A stretch of 64,000 nt of DNA from Eledone cirrhosa (GCA_964016885.1 OZ024742.1:272180001-272244000); one strand, 5' to 3'; positions 1 through 13,222 are shown, counted from the stretch's first letter. A program made the numbers and translations. Notes: a model not told the origin generated them from the sequence alone.

Positions 1-337
1 TTTTAGAAAGAAAAAATTAAAGAAAAGAAGACAAAAAAGGGGTACATACATACACAGACACGCATATCTCACAAAAGAAACGCAAAAATATACATGCTTA
101 TATAGACATGCACACTTACACATCCATACGTTCGATACGTACATACACACGCACACACACACATACTTACACTCACGCATATTGACCTGTTTGCATGCAC
201 ACGCATAAAAATGAGTAAGTAAAAAGGGGGGTGGAGAAGAAAAAAGGAACAAAACATAAAACCTAAATGTCAAAACACGGATATACAGACACATACACAT
301 ACGCATAATATATACATACACACACACACATATATAT

Positions 338-429
<92 letters not shown>

Positions 430-681
430 GCACGCGCGCGCACATACGTAGTCGCTCATGTACATATATAGAAAGTATACACACATTAAGGCGTTCAGCC
501 ATATTGATGCAGGGTGTAAAAAACTTGTGGATAAGTAAGTACAAATATAAAATTGTGAGATTGGCCGCGCAAAAATAAAAAAAAATAAAAATAAAAATGA
601 AAAATATATCTGGATTGGAAAACACAAATGACCTGTATAATCAGTTAGTGAAGGACAAGGGGAAGTAAAAAAAGAGGAAGT

Positions 682-788
<107 letters not shown>

Positions 789-1144
789 ATATATATGCAA
801 AAGTTTTATTTAAAATTGTTGGGTTACAACGAGTAAATATTGTTTTATAAATATAGTTTTATAAATATAGTTTCCATTTGTTTAATATCGTATATATATA
901 AATATATATGTGTGTGTGTGTGTGTGTGTAGAACAGAACAAAGGTGGGACACAAAATAAAATCGCAGTCACTGAGCAGGTCACTTAATGTGTAATAAAAG
1001 AGATTTGACAATATATAAACAACGATCCGGTTATAGAATTATTCAACCAGCTGGAAATTTATGATAAATTCATGTGAAAACCAGTGGTGCGTGTGTTTAT
1101 TGGAAGCATGACCCACCCAAATTATAAAAAAATATCTCTTTCAA

Positions 1145-2259
<1,115 letters not shown>

Positions 2260-2268
2260 ATATATATA

Positions 2269-2327
<59 letters not shown>

Positions 2328-2412
2328 AATTATTTCGGGTTCATTCGGAGGTAACCACAGTAAGTAAGGTACTCAATACATAGCAGATTATAAAAGTTTT
2401 AATATAGATCAG

Positions 2413-2461
2413 ATTCTACAGGATTAGAAAACTGTTTCATTCTTTAGAAATCATCAGGAAT
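2413..2461 (-). ncRNA. Type I hammerhead ribozyme
   Basis: Reverse complement attc-CTGATGA-tttctaaagaat-GAAA-cag-ttttctaatc-ctg-TA-gaat; an inverted, 5'-clipped copy lies at 3033-3076 (+). Confidence 0.75.
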
Positions 2462-2993
2462 ATGGCTGTTCAAAATAAATGTTGTGGTATTTATATCTTT
2501 TCAGGTGGTAGGAGAGGGTGGGGAGTGGGATGGCTGGATGTCATTGGTTGACAGAAAAGGGAATTCATTAAAAGCTAATTCTTTAAACCTATAATTTATA
2601 TTTAGAGTTGCAAAACTGAAAGAATTCTATAAACAAGTTCAAATTGGGATGCCACTCCTTATTTTTGACTTTCCCTTAAGAAAAAATGCCTCTATTTCAG
2701 GTGTCTGTAAGAAGGTTGGGGGTCGGTCATGGTTGATGGATTTAAAGAAAAGGGAAATTCTTTAAAAGCTAATTCTTTAAAGCTCCACTTAGAGTGATAA
2801 AGGCCAATAGAATTCTATAAACCAGTTCGAATACTGGGTGCCTATCGTTATTGTCATGTTTCTCTTAAGCTATATTTCAGGTGTCAAGACACATTCAGAT
2901 ACACACACACACACACATATATATATAAATATACACATATACAAACACATCTACACATATAAACACATATAATAAATACATAAATACACATAC

Positions 2994-3035
<42 letters not shown>

Positions 3036-3088
3036 GATGATTTCTAAAGAATGAAACAGTTCTAGTCCTGTAGAATCTCATATATATT

Positions 3089-3134
<46 letters not shown>

Positions 3135-3138
<4 letters not shown>

Positions 3139-3560
3139 ATACTTTGGGAGGGTCATGTTGCCAATAAGAAATACACGCACCAGTAGCTTTCACTTCAATT
3201 TATTATATATTTATAAATTTATAAATTTACAAATATACAAACTTATAAATTTCTGGTTGGTTGGTTGGTTCCACAACCAGATAGTTGTTTATATATAGTC
3301 ATAGTCCTTTCGTCACACACTCTGTGACCTCTTCAGTGACTGGGGATTCCTTTCTTTGTTTCTGTGCCTTTCCTTTCTTCTGTCCTACGCCATTTTGTTT
3401 ATGTGTGTGTGTTGTGTGCTCAGTTTGCGCATGCGCCACATCCGGGTGCCTGTGTGTGTTTGTGTTCATTTATCTATTTGTTTATTTATTTATTTATTTT
3501 TGGTTGGTTGTTTTTGTTCTATGTGTGTGTGTGTTTTCATTTTGTCCTTAATTGTAAGTT
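3135..3560 (-). mobile_element. PLE 3'/pLTR fragment (related to family B terminus) with hammerhead
   Basis: Terminus ttgttatactttgggagggtcat is shared with 14081, 46122 and 50911; a related degraded copy sits at ~930-1130 (+). Confidence 0.65.
3297..3341 (-). ncRNA. Minimal hammerhead ribozyme
   Basis: Reverse complement agtca-CTGAAGA-ggtcaca-gagtg-tgtgac-GAAA-G-GA-C-TA-tgact; perfect 5-bp stem I and 6-bp stem II. Confidence 0.8.
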
Positions 3561-3839
3561 GTGATGTTGCTGTTCCACTCATATTTTCTATTTAATTTAA
3601 ATTCAGAAACGAAATATATATATATATATTTATATATATAAATGAAGGTTAGTGTTTATAACTCTTACTGAGCCGTATAATAATAATATATATATATGTA
3701 GTAAGAAACACAGTAAACCGTGTGTCTAATATTACGAGGGTTGAAAGACCACATTTGTTTGAAATATTTAACCATGACGCAGACAATGATAAAATAAAAT
3801 AAAATTATATTATACAAACCGCCTCAATAACAATTATAT

Positions 3840-3917
3840 CTCTCGGACAGATTAGGGATAATCTGTTTCGCCCAGAGTGTGTTTGTAACAGATAATCCAG
3901 GGCATCATCAGCGAGAG
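3840..3917 (-). ncRNA. Canonical type I hammerhead ribozyme (GUC site)
   Basis: Reverse complement ctctcg-CTGATGA-tgccc...gggc-GAAA-cagatta-tccc-taatctg-TC-cgagag; 6-bp stem I, 7-bp stem III, intact core. Confidence 0.92.
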
Positions 3918-4134
3918 AATCTGATTAAATGCGACAAACACAATAGTACCAATGTTCACACAGAAAGATGAATTTATCACCTCGTGCGCCGCAAGTCAAA
4001 AGTGATATGCATTTATTGGTTAGAAATAACAGTCCAACACACGCAACTTAATAAGCTCATCTCATGAGGGGGCCGAAATATAAATGAAAGTTAGAGTTAA
4101 TAACTCTTAATGAGACCCTGTAATGAATAAGCTA

Positions 4135-4768
4135 TATAATGTATTTTGCAATACACTTTATGCTTAATTTCTGCCTGACCAGCAACCACTCTGTATAATC
4201 AGTTCCTGATTATTTACTAGAATTCTATAAGAATAAAACATCAGTGATCTCAGTAGACAGGAGGGAGTAGTTAGCATTGATAAGCATCAATAAATGCGAA
4301 ACAAGGTCTTGTCGGCTTATCTCCCCTTGTTTGCTGAGATTAAAGTAAGTGAGTTTGTCACTACTCTAAAACAATAGCATACGGTCTTCAAAATGCTTTT
4401 AATTAAGCATAAAGTGTATTGCAAAATACATTATATACACATTCATATATATATATTGCTATTTCAGAGCTCCAATTCTAATTTTTAAATTCTGCCTGAC
4501 CAGCAATCGCTCTGTATAATCAGTTCCCGATTATTTACTAGAATTCTATAAGAATATAACATCAGTGATCTCAGTAGACAGGAGGGAGTAGTTAACCTTG
4601 ATAAGCATCAATAAATGCGAAACAAGGTCTTATCGGCTTATCTCCCCTTGTTTGCTGAGATTAAAGTAAGTGAGTTTGTCACTACTCTAAAACAATAGCA
4701 TACGGTCTTCAAAATGCTTTTAATTAAGCGTAAAGTGTATTTCAAAATACATCATATATACATTCATA
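4135..4768 (+). mobile_element. Retrozyme-like non-coding element, 321-bp tandem unit x2 with short 5' inversion
   Basis: Units start at 4169 and 4490; HHR cores at 4277 and 4598; 4135-4168 is the reverse complement of ~4400-4435; further family copies at ~11030-11295 and ~31875-32555. Confidence 0.8.
4263..4325 (+). ncRNA. Hammerhead ribozyme, U3-A8 core variant (UUGAUAA)
   Basis: agca-TTGATAA-gcat-caataa-atgc-GAAA-caag-gt-cttg-TC-ggct, with extension gggag/ctccc; copies at 4584-4646 (+), ~11131-11195 (-), ~32381-32445 (+). Confidence 0.8.
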
Positions 4769-4800
4769 TATATATATATATATACATACATATACATACA

Positions 4801-4870
<70 letters not shown>

Positions 4871-4877
4871 CATATAC

Positions 4878-5048
<171 letters not shown>

Positions 5049-5446
5049 AAGGCGCATGGCTTAGTGGTTAGAGAATTGGGCTTGCAAACGAAAGGTTGTG
5101 AGTTCGATTTTCGGACCGGGTGATGTGTTGTTACCTTGAGCAAGACACTTTATTTCACATTGCTCCAGTTTACTCAGCTGTAGAAAGGAGATGATAGGAC
5201 TGGGGTCGCTATCATTCCACTGCAAAGTGGTCGTGGAGGTGCCACGGCAAAAAGCACCCATCACTCACTGTAAATAAGGTTGGTGTTAGGAGGGGCATCG
5301 AGGGGTAGAAATCAAGCCAGAATCAGTTCACGTATGAGCAAGATAAGGTCAGCCGACCAGACACTGCCCACAACAGGACAACCCGTCTAACCCATGCTAG
5401 CTTGGAAGAACGGACATAAAACGGCGATGATGATGATGATGATGAT
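5049..5446 (+). mobile_element. tRNA-derived SINE with CORE-like centre and RTE-like (GAT)n tail
   Basis: A-box TGGCTTAGTGG, B-box GTTCGATT, ccttgagcaagacacttt motif, 3' acccatgctagcttggaagaacggacataaaacg followed by (GAT)n. Confidence 0.8.
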
Positions 5447-5589
5447 ATAGCAAAAATGAGAGAGAAAAAGTATACATTGGTAGACTGTATGTATTCATAA
5501 GGTGATGGTATGGGTAGTGGGTGGAAGGCGTGATAAGTAAAGAAGAAGCTCAAGGTGGTTGAGTAATCGTTGGTGTGTTAATCCAGTTA

Positions 5590-5835
5590 AAAAATAAATG
5601 GAATTTCAGGTGCGGACAACATCTAAAGATCTCCAACTTAGAGTTGAGACAAGTGGGAGGGGTTTTCAAGTTTTGGAGAATTCTGAATGTTTTCCCTAGT
5701 ACACAAAGAACATTTATTTGTGCCCCTTTGGTATTCTCTTGAATGGTCTAAAATAGACCAATCAATAGTGTACGGAATGTTTTTGTCTTTAAACTCCCAC
5801 ACTTTATTTGCCAGCGCCTTTGCTGTTCTTTTTCC
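5590..5835 (-). pseudogene. Naiad-type PLE GIY-YIG C-terminal fragment
   Basis: ALANKVWEFKDKNIPYTIDWSILDHSREY..CSLCTRE, then EIFRCCPH; same motifs as the elements at 35 kb and 38.6 kb. Confidence 0.7.
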
Positions 5836-6097
5836 CATATTCACTCTATTAAATATATTTCAAGGGCACCAAAAACTTTGGCACGCTCTCAGCAGACAAA
5901 ATACAAAACGCTTCTTCTATTAACATTTGACATAACCAAGGATAATATACCTTCACGGTTCAAGTTTTCCTTGGTTATGTCAAATATCAATAAAAAACAC
6001 TTTGTATTCCACCTGATAAGTGTGCACCGAAGCCCCTGGTATCCCTGAAATATATATAATAGAATAAATATGGTCTCCATCCACTTAATATCATTGA

Positions 6098-6177
<80 letters not shown>

Positions 6178-6865
6178 GTGAGGTTTTTTTTACAAAATGA
6201 AAAATAACCGAGGTGTCCTACACGAGTGGAAGTATAAAGAAAAAGGGATGAAATCGAAAATGCAACTGAAGTCTTATTTTTTTAAAAAATATATATATTT
6301 ATTTGATTCCTTTACCGGTTTCGCAGTTCTTCTGCTTTTCAAAAGGTGAGTTGAGATGGAGGGTCTGTGGTTTTTCTCACATCTGGTTGGTCTCTAAATG
6401 TTACTTGTTTTATATGGAAAAACTGGCTCGAAAACCAAGTTTTTCGAGAAGTAATTTGATTGGTTTGTCAATAATTATAATAAATTTCGCGCCAGTTCGC
6501 GTTACAATAGTTCTTCAAATAAGAGAGGGGGGGGGGGGGGGGGTTTGTCACAGGTTGTTTTTTCATATATGAGTGTTTGAATTTCTTTTTACTTGAAAAA
6601 ATGAGGCTCACGAAGGCTTTTTTTTGGTTGGTTATAAATGAAATTTGGCTGTCACGTGAACAAGTTTTCATTACATTTTTGCGCCCTTATTTGGAAAACT
6701 ATTCTGTAGTCTATAGTGAATGTTATGACGATGGAGAGATAGTGGTCAAGGGAAAAGGGATTGGGAGAAATGTTCTGGTTCAGTGAATATGGGCAGCTGT
6801 CAGAGTTCAGGTGTCAGAGTTCAGATTTTCTATTGAGACTGAAGATATGTGTTTATTTGTGTGCT

Positions 6866-6904
<39 letters not shown>

Positions 6905-7154
6905 ATTGGAAGATGATTCTATTAGTAGAGATGGGGGAGGGAGTTGTGTGTGTGTGTATATGGGTGTTATGTGTGTGTGTGCGAGTATGTTAAATAGAGA
7001 GAATATATATTATTTGTGTGTGTGTATATATATATGTGTGTAGGAAAGTGGTTCTATTAGTAGAAATGGGGAGGGTGTTGTAGGTGTGGGGGTTTTTATG
7101 TGTGTGTATGGGTGTTATGTGTGTGGGAGTATGGTTAGCATGTTAAGATGAAGA

Positions 7155-7197
<43 letters not shown>

Positions 7198-7401
7198 GTG
7201 TGTGTATGTGTGTGTGTAGGAAAATGATTCCTTTAGTAGGAATATTTTTGAATGAACATATTTTCCTGACTTTTTCGTGTTTGCTGTTGTATTGCCAGTG
7301 CAAACGTATGTTTAAGGTTTATTTAGTTCGGGTTTTTATTTTCTAAAGTAGGTGTTATGTGTGTGTGTGTATGTCATATTGTGGTGTTAACATAATGTAT
7401 A

Positions 7402-9708
7402 TTAAACCTTATTTAATGTTGGTCTATATTTTTGAATAAACATATTTTCCTTATTTATTCGCATTTGTTCTGTTGTATTGTTAGCGCAAAGGTAAAATGG
7501 GAAGACTTGGAATTTGGGTGTCTTATTACTTGCGCAAATGTCTAGATGTGCACTTAGTGGTATTTGTCTCGTGGTTGGATCTCGTAACTGTTGGCGATGA
7601 ACTGTCATTCTGTTTCTGAGTGTGAGTTTAGTTTGTCCTATATAATCTTCATTGCATCCTTTACATTTAATGGCATAAATTAGATTTTTTGATGAGCAAG
7701 TGAAGTGATTTTTTACAGTAAAATTTTGTCCTGATTTAAATGTATACGTGTTGCCTTCAATGAGGTGAGTGCAGGTTCCACAATTAGAGCGACCACATTT
7801 TTTGATACTTGGTTGTGGGTTTGTGGTAGGTAATTTGGCATTGGTGAGTAATGTTTTCAGTGATTTTGGTTGTCTTTTGCTTTTGATTATTTTGTGTGTT
7901 TCAAGGGATTTTTTCATTCTTGGGTTTTGTTTTAGTAGTGGGATGTTATTGTGAATAGTGTTGTAAGCTTCCGCATTTCTTGGGTTGTGTGTTGAGATAT
8001 ATGATGGAATATTGGACGTACCTTGAATTTGTTTCTGTTTCCGTAATTCATCAATGCCTATTGCTTTAGCCCTTTCTATTCCATTATTTATTAGTAATAG
8101 TGGGTACTCTCTCTCAAGTAGAATTTCCTTTAATTCTTGAAGTCTTTTATTTCGCGTTTCATAATTGGAGACAATTGTGCAAATTCTTCTTGCTAGGTTA
8201 AAAGGAATGTTCGTCTTCGTGTGCTTTGGATGGTTGGAGGTGAATAGCAGATATTGTTTGGAATCTGTTGGTTTGTAGTGTATGTCAGTTTCGATATTTG
8301 TGTCTTTTTTTGTGATTAAGATGTCCAGAAATGGGAGTTGATCTTGGCTGTATTCCATTGTGAATTGGATGTGGTTATTGATGCCGTTTATTAAGTTTTT
8401 GAAATCCTTCAGTTGGTCGAGTGTGTGGGACCAAAGAATGAGGCAATCATCCAAGTAGCGTTTCCAATTCTCTGATAAATATTTGTGGAAGTTCAATCCG
8501 TATTTTGATTTGGACTGTTCATATATCTGGACTTCTAAGTATGCCATGACTAAGTTGGCATAAGTTGGAGCGGCTTTTGTGCCCATCGCAGTCCCCGATA
8601 TTTGCTTGTAAGTATTGCCATCGAAATCAAAAAAGTTGTTCTGTAGGATGAATTTTAATCCCTCGGTGATGAAGCTTTTTTCTATTCTGTCAGGTATCTC
8701 ATTGGGATATTTCTCTAGCCAGAATCCTATTGCTTCTAGTCCGTATTGGTGTGGGATCGTTGTGTAGAGATTCACTACATCGAAAGATACAATAATAGTG
8801 TCGTTGTTGACATGTTTGGGGAGGTGGTTTAAGAGGTCCAGATCGTCTCTTACAAGGCTTGGTATGTGTTTCAGTATTGGTTTCAGTAGTATGTCTATAA
8901 AGTTGCTCAATCTGTGTGTTTCACATTGTGGGCCCGCTACAATTGGTCTTAATTTAAGGTCTGTGGGGTATTGTGTGTTCACGCAGGCTGAGGTGGATTG
9001 TTTAGAGGCATCGTTGATTATTTTACATTTGTGGATCTTCGGAAGTCCGTAAAGGTTGCTGGTTTTGTATTCAAAATTTGTTAAATAATCGCGTTCCTTT
9101 TTAGTTAGGTCTTCCTGGTATCGATAAATCAGTGTGTTTAATTTGGTCATTATTTTTGATTGCTGGTAGTTTTTTACTCTTTCATAGTAATTAGCATTTT
9201 GTAAGAGAGAGAACATAGAATTTTTATATTTTTCAGCCTCCATAATGACAACAGTACTTCCCTTGTCCGCTTCCTTAATTACAATGTCCGGATTGTTTTT
9301 TAGTTCATGGATAATCTCCCATTCCCTTCGACTTGTGTTGGGTTTGGGTTTAGGTTGCGGTAGTTCATGGTATGGGAAGGTAGCTATGTGGTCACAAAAT
9401 TTGTCCAGAACTCTGTTTCTACCTTTTGTTGGGTTGTAGCTGCTTTTATTCCGTACAATTGATTCGTCGTTATTCTCCTTGTCAAAGAATTCCTCTGTGA
9501 GACGTAATTTTCTACAGAAGTGTGAGATATCGTCATTTATCTCGTTGGGGTTAGGATATTGTGGTGTTGGTGTGAATTTCAGACCTTTGGAGAGAATTTT
9601 TACTTGTTGGGCTGAGAGGTTTGTATTTGAAATGTTAATTATTTTCGGTTTTTCAAAATCGGTTTGTGCCACCGGGTGTCGTGAGTCCTGTAGCCTTGGT
9701 CTAAAAAA
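7402..9708 (-). CDS. PLE reverse transcriptase + GIY-YIG endonuclease (ORF2, intact)
   Basis: IINIS..LSKGLKFTPTP, LYGLPKIHK, RPIVAGP, SFDVVNLYT, QISGTAMGT, RYLDD, LPFLD, YKPTD, CGRSNCGTC, LIYAIKC..YIGQT..RMTVHR. Frame is open from the TGA at 9732-9730 with no early AUG; the track start at 9672 is a GTG. Confidence 0.95.
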   Translation of the reverse strand, partial: FFRPRLQDSRHPVAQTDFEKPKIINISNTNLSAQQVKILSKGLKFTPTPQYPNPNEINDDISHFCRKLRLTEEFFDKENNDESIVRNKSSYNPTKGRNRVLDKFCDHIATFPYHELPQPKPKPNTSRREWEIIHELKNNPDIVIKEADKGSTVVIMEAEKYKNSMFSLLQNANYYERVKNYQQSKIMTKLNTLIYRYQEDLTKKERDYLTNFEYKTSNLYGLPKIHKCKIINDASKQSTSACVNTQYPTDLKLRPIVAGPQCETHRLSNFIDILLKPILKHIPSLVRDDLDLLNHLPKHVNNDTIIVSFDVVNLYTTIPHQYGLEAIGFWLEKYPNEIPDRIEKSFITEGLKFILQNNFFDFDGNTYKQISGTAMGTKAAPTYANLVMAYLEVQIYEQSKSKYGLNFHKYLSENWKRYLDDCLILWSHTLDQLKDFKNLINGINNHIQFTMEYSQDQLPFLDILITKKDTNIETDIHYKPTDSKQYLLFTSNHPKHTKTNIPFNLARRICTIVSNYETRNKRLQELKEILLEREYPLLLINNGIERAKAIGIDELRKQKQIQGTSNIPSYISTHNPRNAEAYNTIHNNIPLLKQNPRMKKSLETHKIIKSKRQPKSLKTLLTNAKLPTTNPQPSIKKCGRSNCGTCTHLIEGNTYTFKSGQNFTVKNHFTCSSKNLIYAIKCKGCNEDYIGQTKLTLRNRMTVHRQQLRDPTTRQIPLSAHLDICASNKTPKFQVFPFYLCANNTTEQMRINKENMFIQKYRPTLNKV

Positions 9709-10143
9709 TGATTTTTCTGGAATGTTTTTTCATTGGTATTATTATATCTAATGGTATTTCCCCTGTTGTTGTGTGGTCTTGTATAGAAGTTTCGGACGTA
9801 TTGAGGTTCGGTTTGTTGATAGTCCGGGTTGTGGATTTGGTTCCTTTGTGTGGGTTGGGATCTATGGTTTTGGAACAGGCTCTGTGTGGGCAGGGGTCTA
9901 CGGTTTTGGAATAGGTTTTGTGTGGGTTGTGATCTGCGGATCAGGTCCTGCCTTGTGTTCGGGGATCTTTGGTTTTTGTTAGTAGGGTTATAGTTTTGTC
10001 TATGGTTTCTGGGATTATCGTTATAGTTTTGCTGGGGGTATGTTGGACGTTTTGTTACTTTTTTTGTTATTTGTTGTGCATGTGGTGTGTGAGTTTTAGT
10101 TTGTTTTAAAAATGGGTTACCTGTATGTTGTTCATTTTTGAAG
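9639..10143 (-). CDS. 5'-truncated upstream ORF1 of PLE A (N/Q/R/P-rich), overlapping ORF2, which lies in its -1 frame
   Basis: Open for ~168 codons from the pLTR junction; internal 36-bp repeats (RSQPTQNLFQN); contains caT TTT TTA at 9708-9702. Confidence 0.7.
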
Positions 10144-10484
10144 TCCAAATAAGGGCGCAAAAATGTAATGAAAACTTGTTCACGTGACAGCCAAATTTCA
10201 TTTATAACCAACCAAAAAAAAGCCTTCGTGAGCCTCATTTTTTCAAGTAAAAAGAAATTCAAACACTCATATATGAAAAAACAACCTGTGACAACCCCCC
10301 CCCCTCTCTTATTTGAAGAACTATTGTAACGCGAACTGGCGCGAAATTTATTATAATTATTGACAAACCAATCAAATTACTTCTCGAAAAACTTGGTTTT
10401 CGAGCCAGTTTTTCCATATAAAACAAGTAACATTTAGAGACCAACCAGATGTGAGAAAAACCACAGACCCTCCATCTCAACTCA

Positions 10485-10522
10485 CCTTTTGAAAAGCAGA
10501 AGAACTGCGAAACCGGTAAAGG
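10485..10522 (+). ncRNA. Minimal hammerhead (UUGAAAA core) in PLE A pLTR
   Basis: cctt-TTGAAAA-gcag-aagaa-ctgc-GAAA-C-CG-G-TA-aagg with palindromic ACCGGT; identical copy at 6309-6346 (-). Confidence 0.85.
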
Positions 10523-10591
10523 AATCAAATAAATATATATATTTTTTAAAAAAATAAGACTTCAGTTGCATTTTCGATTTCATCCCTTTTT

Positions 10592-10657
<66 letters not shown>

Positions 10658-10834
10658 GTACATATACACATATATCTATGTATAAGCGATATGCAATTTG
10701 TCTATAAATTGTTAGACACAACATATTTATACATTTTAATAATTATACATGCATATATATACACATATATACATATATACATATATACACATACATACAT
10801 ATATACACATACACATACACACATATATATATAC

Positions 10835-10881
<47 letters not shown>

Positions 10882-10906
10882 CATATATATATATACATAC
10901 ACACAC

Positions 10907-10943
<37 letters not shown>

Positions 10944-11289
10944 CACACAGATATATATACATACATAGATATATAGATATACATACACACACACAGATAT
11001 ATATATATATATATATATAGATGTATATATATAATGTATTTGCAATACACTTTATGCTTAATTAAAAGCATTTTGAACACCGTAAGTTTTAAAGTAGTGA
11101 CAAATTCACTCACTTTGATCTCCGCAAACAGGGGAGATAAGCCGATATGACATGTTTCGCTTTTATTGAAGCTTATCAAGGCCAACTACCCCGCCTGTCT
11201 ACTGAGATCAATGATGTTATATTCTTATAGAAATCTAGTAAATACATTATATATACATCCATATATATATTGCTATTTCAGAGCTCCAA

Positions 11290-11325
<36 letters not shown>

Positions 11326-11969
11326 CATATATACATACATATACACACACAGATATCTATATACATATACACACACATATACATATACACACACACACAT
11401 ATACATATACACACACACACATATACATATACACATACAGATATATATACACACAGACACATATATATATATATATTTTTTTTATTTTCATTTTTTTCAT
11501 TTGACGTAAAAATCCCCACCCCTGTTTTCAACCATACCTTTAACACATACACACCCACCACCTTCATCCTTTACGCAGATCACTTTTGAACTATATACCC
11601 TTATTCAGATCTCATCACAAACATTTACTCTCTACCACAAATTGTACACCCCTTTTCTCACTTACCTTTTCATAAAATATGTTTATAATATTTGATCTCA
11701 GTTTTACTCCCCTTGTCCTTACTTACCCACTAAGTTTTTAAGTGTACTAACATAAGGTTGTATGTGGGCGCATATGCAGACAGGCTTATGTGTACATACA
11801 TCTATGTGTTTTTATTTTATTATATGTATGTGTGTGTGTGTGTATGTGTGTTCTTTATGCGTGTATATATTTTGTATGAGTATATATATATATATACGTG
11901 TATCTAAATATATATGCATATAATGTGTATATATATATACGTGTATCTATATATATATATGCATATTAT

Positions 11970-12575
11970 GTCAGGTCACCAGTTGGTGCTACTGGTAACA
12001 TGTATCCCAGTACAACCTCTTTCATGGTCGGCTCGTTGGCAACTAAACTGGCAACCCCACCAAGGTTTCTTGGTGAGGAGAGTGACATTGGACATCCTGC
12101 AGGACTAAAAACAAAACCTGTTAAAGGGCAAAGGAGCTCTTAAGTGTCAATGGCCATCCAAAATCTCCGGGAGAGATGACCCCTTAGCCTCTATCAAGGC
12201 AGAATTCTAGGAGAAAGAAAACTCTGATATAACACCTGCAACCCTGATGGTATCCAATGATGTTGACTTGTTCTTCTTTTTGGTAAATATCATTTTGGTT
12301 AAGAGAGTGGGACTGGCTTTGTGCAATGCATTTGCTCACTATAAAAGCTTCACTGCACAGGCATTGCTTTATATCTGGAGATCTCTCTTCACTTGTCGTC
12401 ACATGGTACCATGGGCCCAGCACTATGTGTCAATAATTGTCACAAGTGTAGGGTTTGTACCAGAGTTTTCAAGTCGCTGGCTGGACTAAAAACCCACACT
12501 CGTTCAGCGCATCGGTGGGGGTTCTCCTACATGGATATAAAGTAGTGGCCATACTCGAAAACGAGTTGGCAGCCA

Positions 12576-12577
<2 letters not shown>
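11970..12577 (+). mobile_element. Probable RTE-type LINE 5' UTR fragment
   Basis: GC-richer island between (TA)n tracts; HDV-like fold at its start, hairpin caccaag-gttt-cttggtg and a ggagaaagaaaactctga motif reminiscent of RTE 5' UTRs; no ORF support. Confidence 0.35.
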
Positions 12578-12617
<40 letters not shown>

Positions 12618-12874
12618 CAAAAATATTTATATTTTTAAATGATTCGAAGCAATCGACAGGTCTTCTGGAGTATTATATCATTCTACAATTTTTACATTTG
12701 TTCGTACCACTCTTTTTATACAACCACCTGCGAGCGTGTGTGTATTTTCAGATTGTCTGCCTATATGTTTATGCACACGCACACAAGCACGTGTATTTAT
12801 GCATGCATGTGTTTGTGTGTGTATGTATATGAATAGGTGTGTGTGTGTGTATTTATGTATAAATGTGTGTATAA

Positions 12875-12910
<36 letters not shown>

Positions 12911-13144
12911 ATGTGTATGTATATATGTTTTTGTATATATGTGTAGATATGTGTGTATTGATTTTACGTATATGTTTATATGTATGCGTGTGTTGATTTT
13001 TATTGCGTGCGTGTGTGCGCGCACGCATGTGTACGTGGGATATGTACCTTCGAGATTCATCTATCTCATTTAATGTATGTTTTTTTTGTATATGTATGCA
13101 TGTGGATGTGCGTGTATATGCATGTATGTATATATATATGTGTG

Positions 13145-13222
<78 letters not shown>

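Larger units (their letters stand above)
6171..10598 (-). mobile_element. PLE family A (Neptune-like), near full length, with inverted pLTR
   Basis: RT/GIY-YIG ORF; 6233-6695 and 10144-10598 form a near-perfect inverted repeat; both ends abut (TA)n. Confidence 0.95.

Noticed and set aside
5049-5125. tRNA gene
   Set aside because: A/B boxes are followed by SINE core and tail and no clean cloverleaf forms; it is a SINE head (likewise 18283, 27935, 42191).
10144-10528. ORFs MNFFLLEK.. and MIPLPVSQ.. (also at 6303 and 6577) as the PLE N-terminus
   Set aside because: They lie in the inverted pLTR (antisense 3' UTR), start at non-AUG codons and join ORF1 only through the inversion junction.
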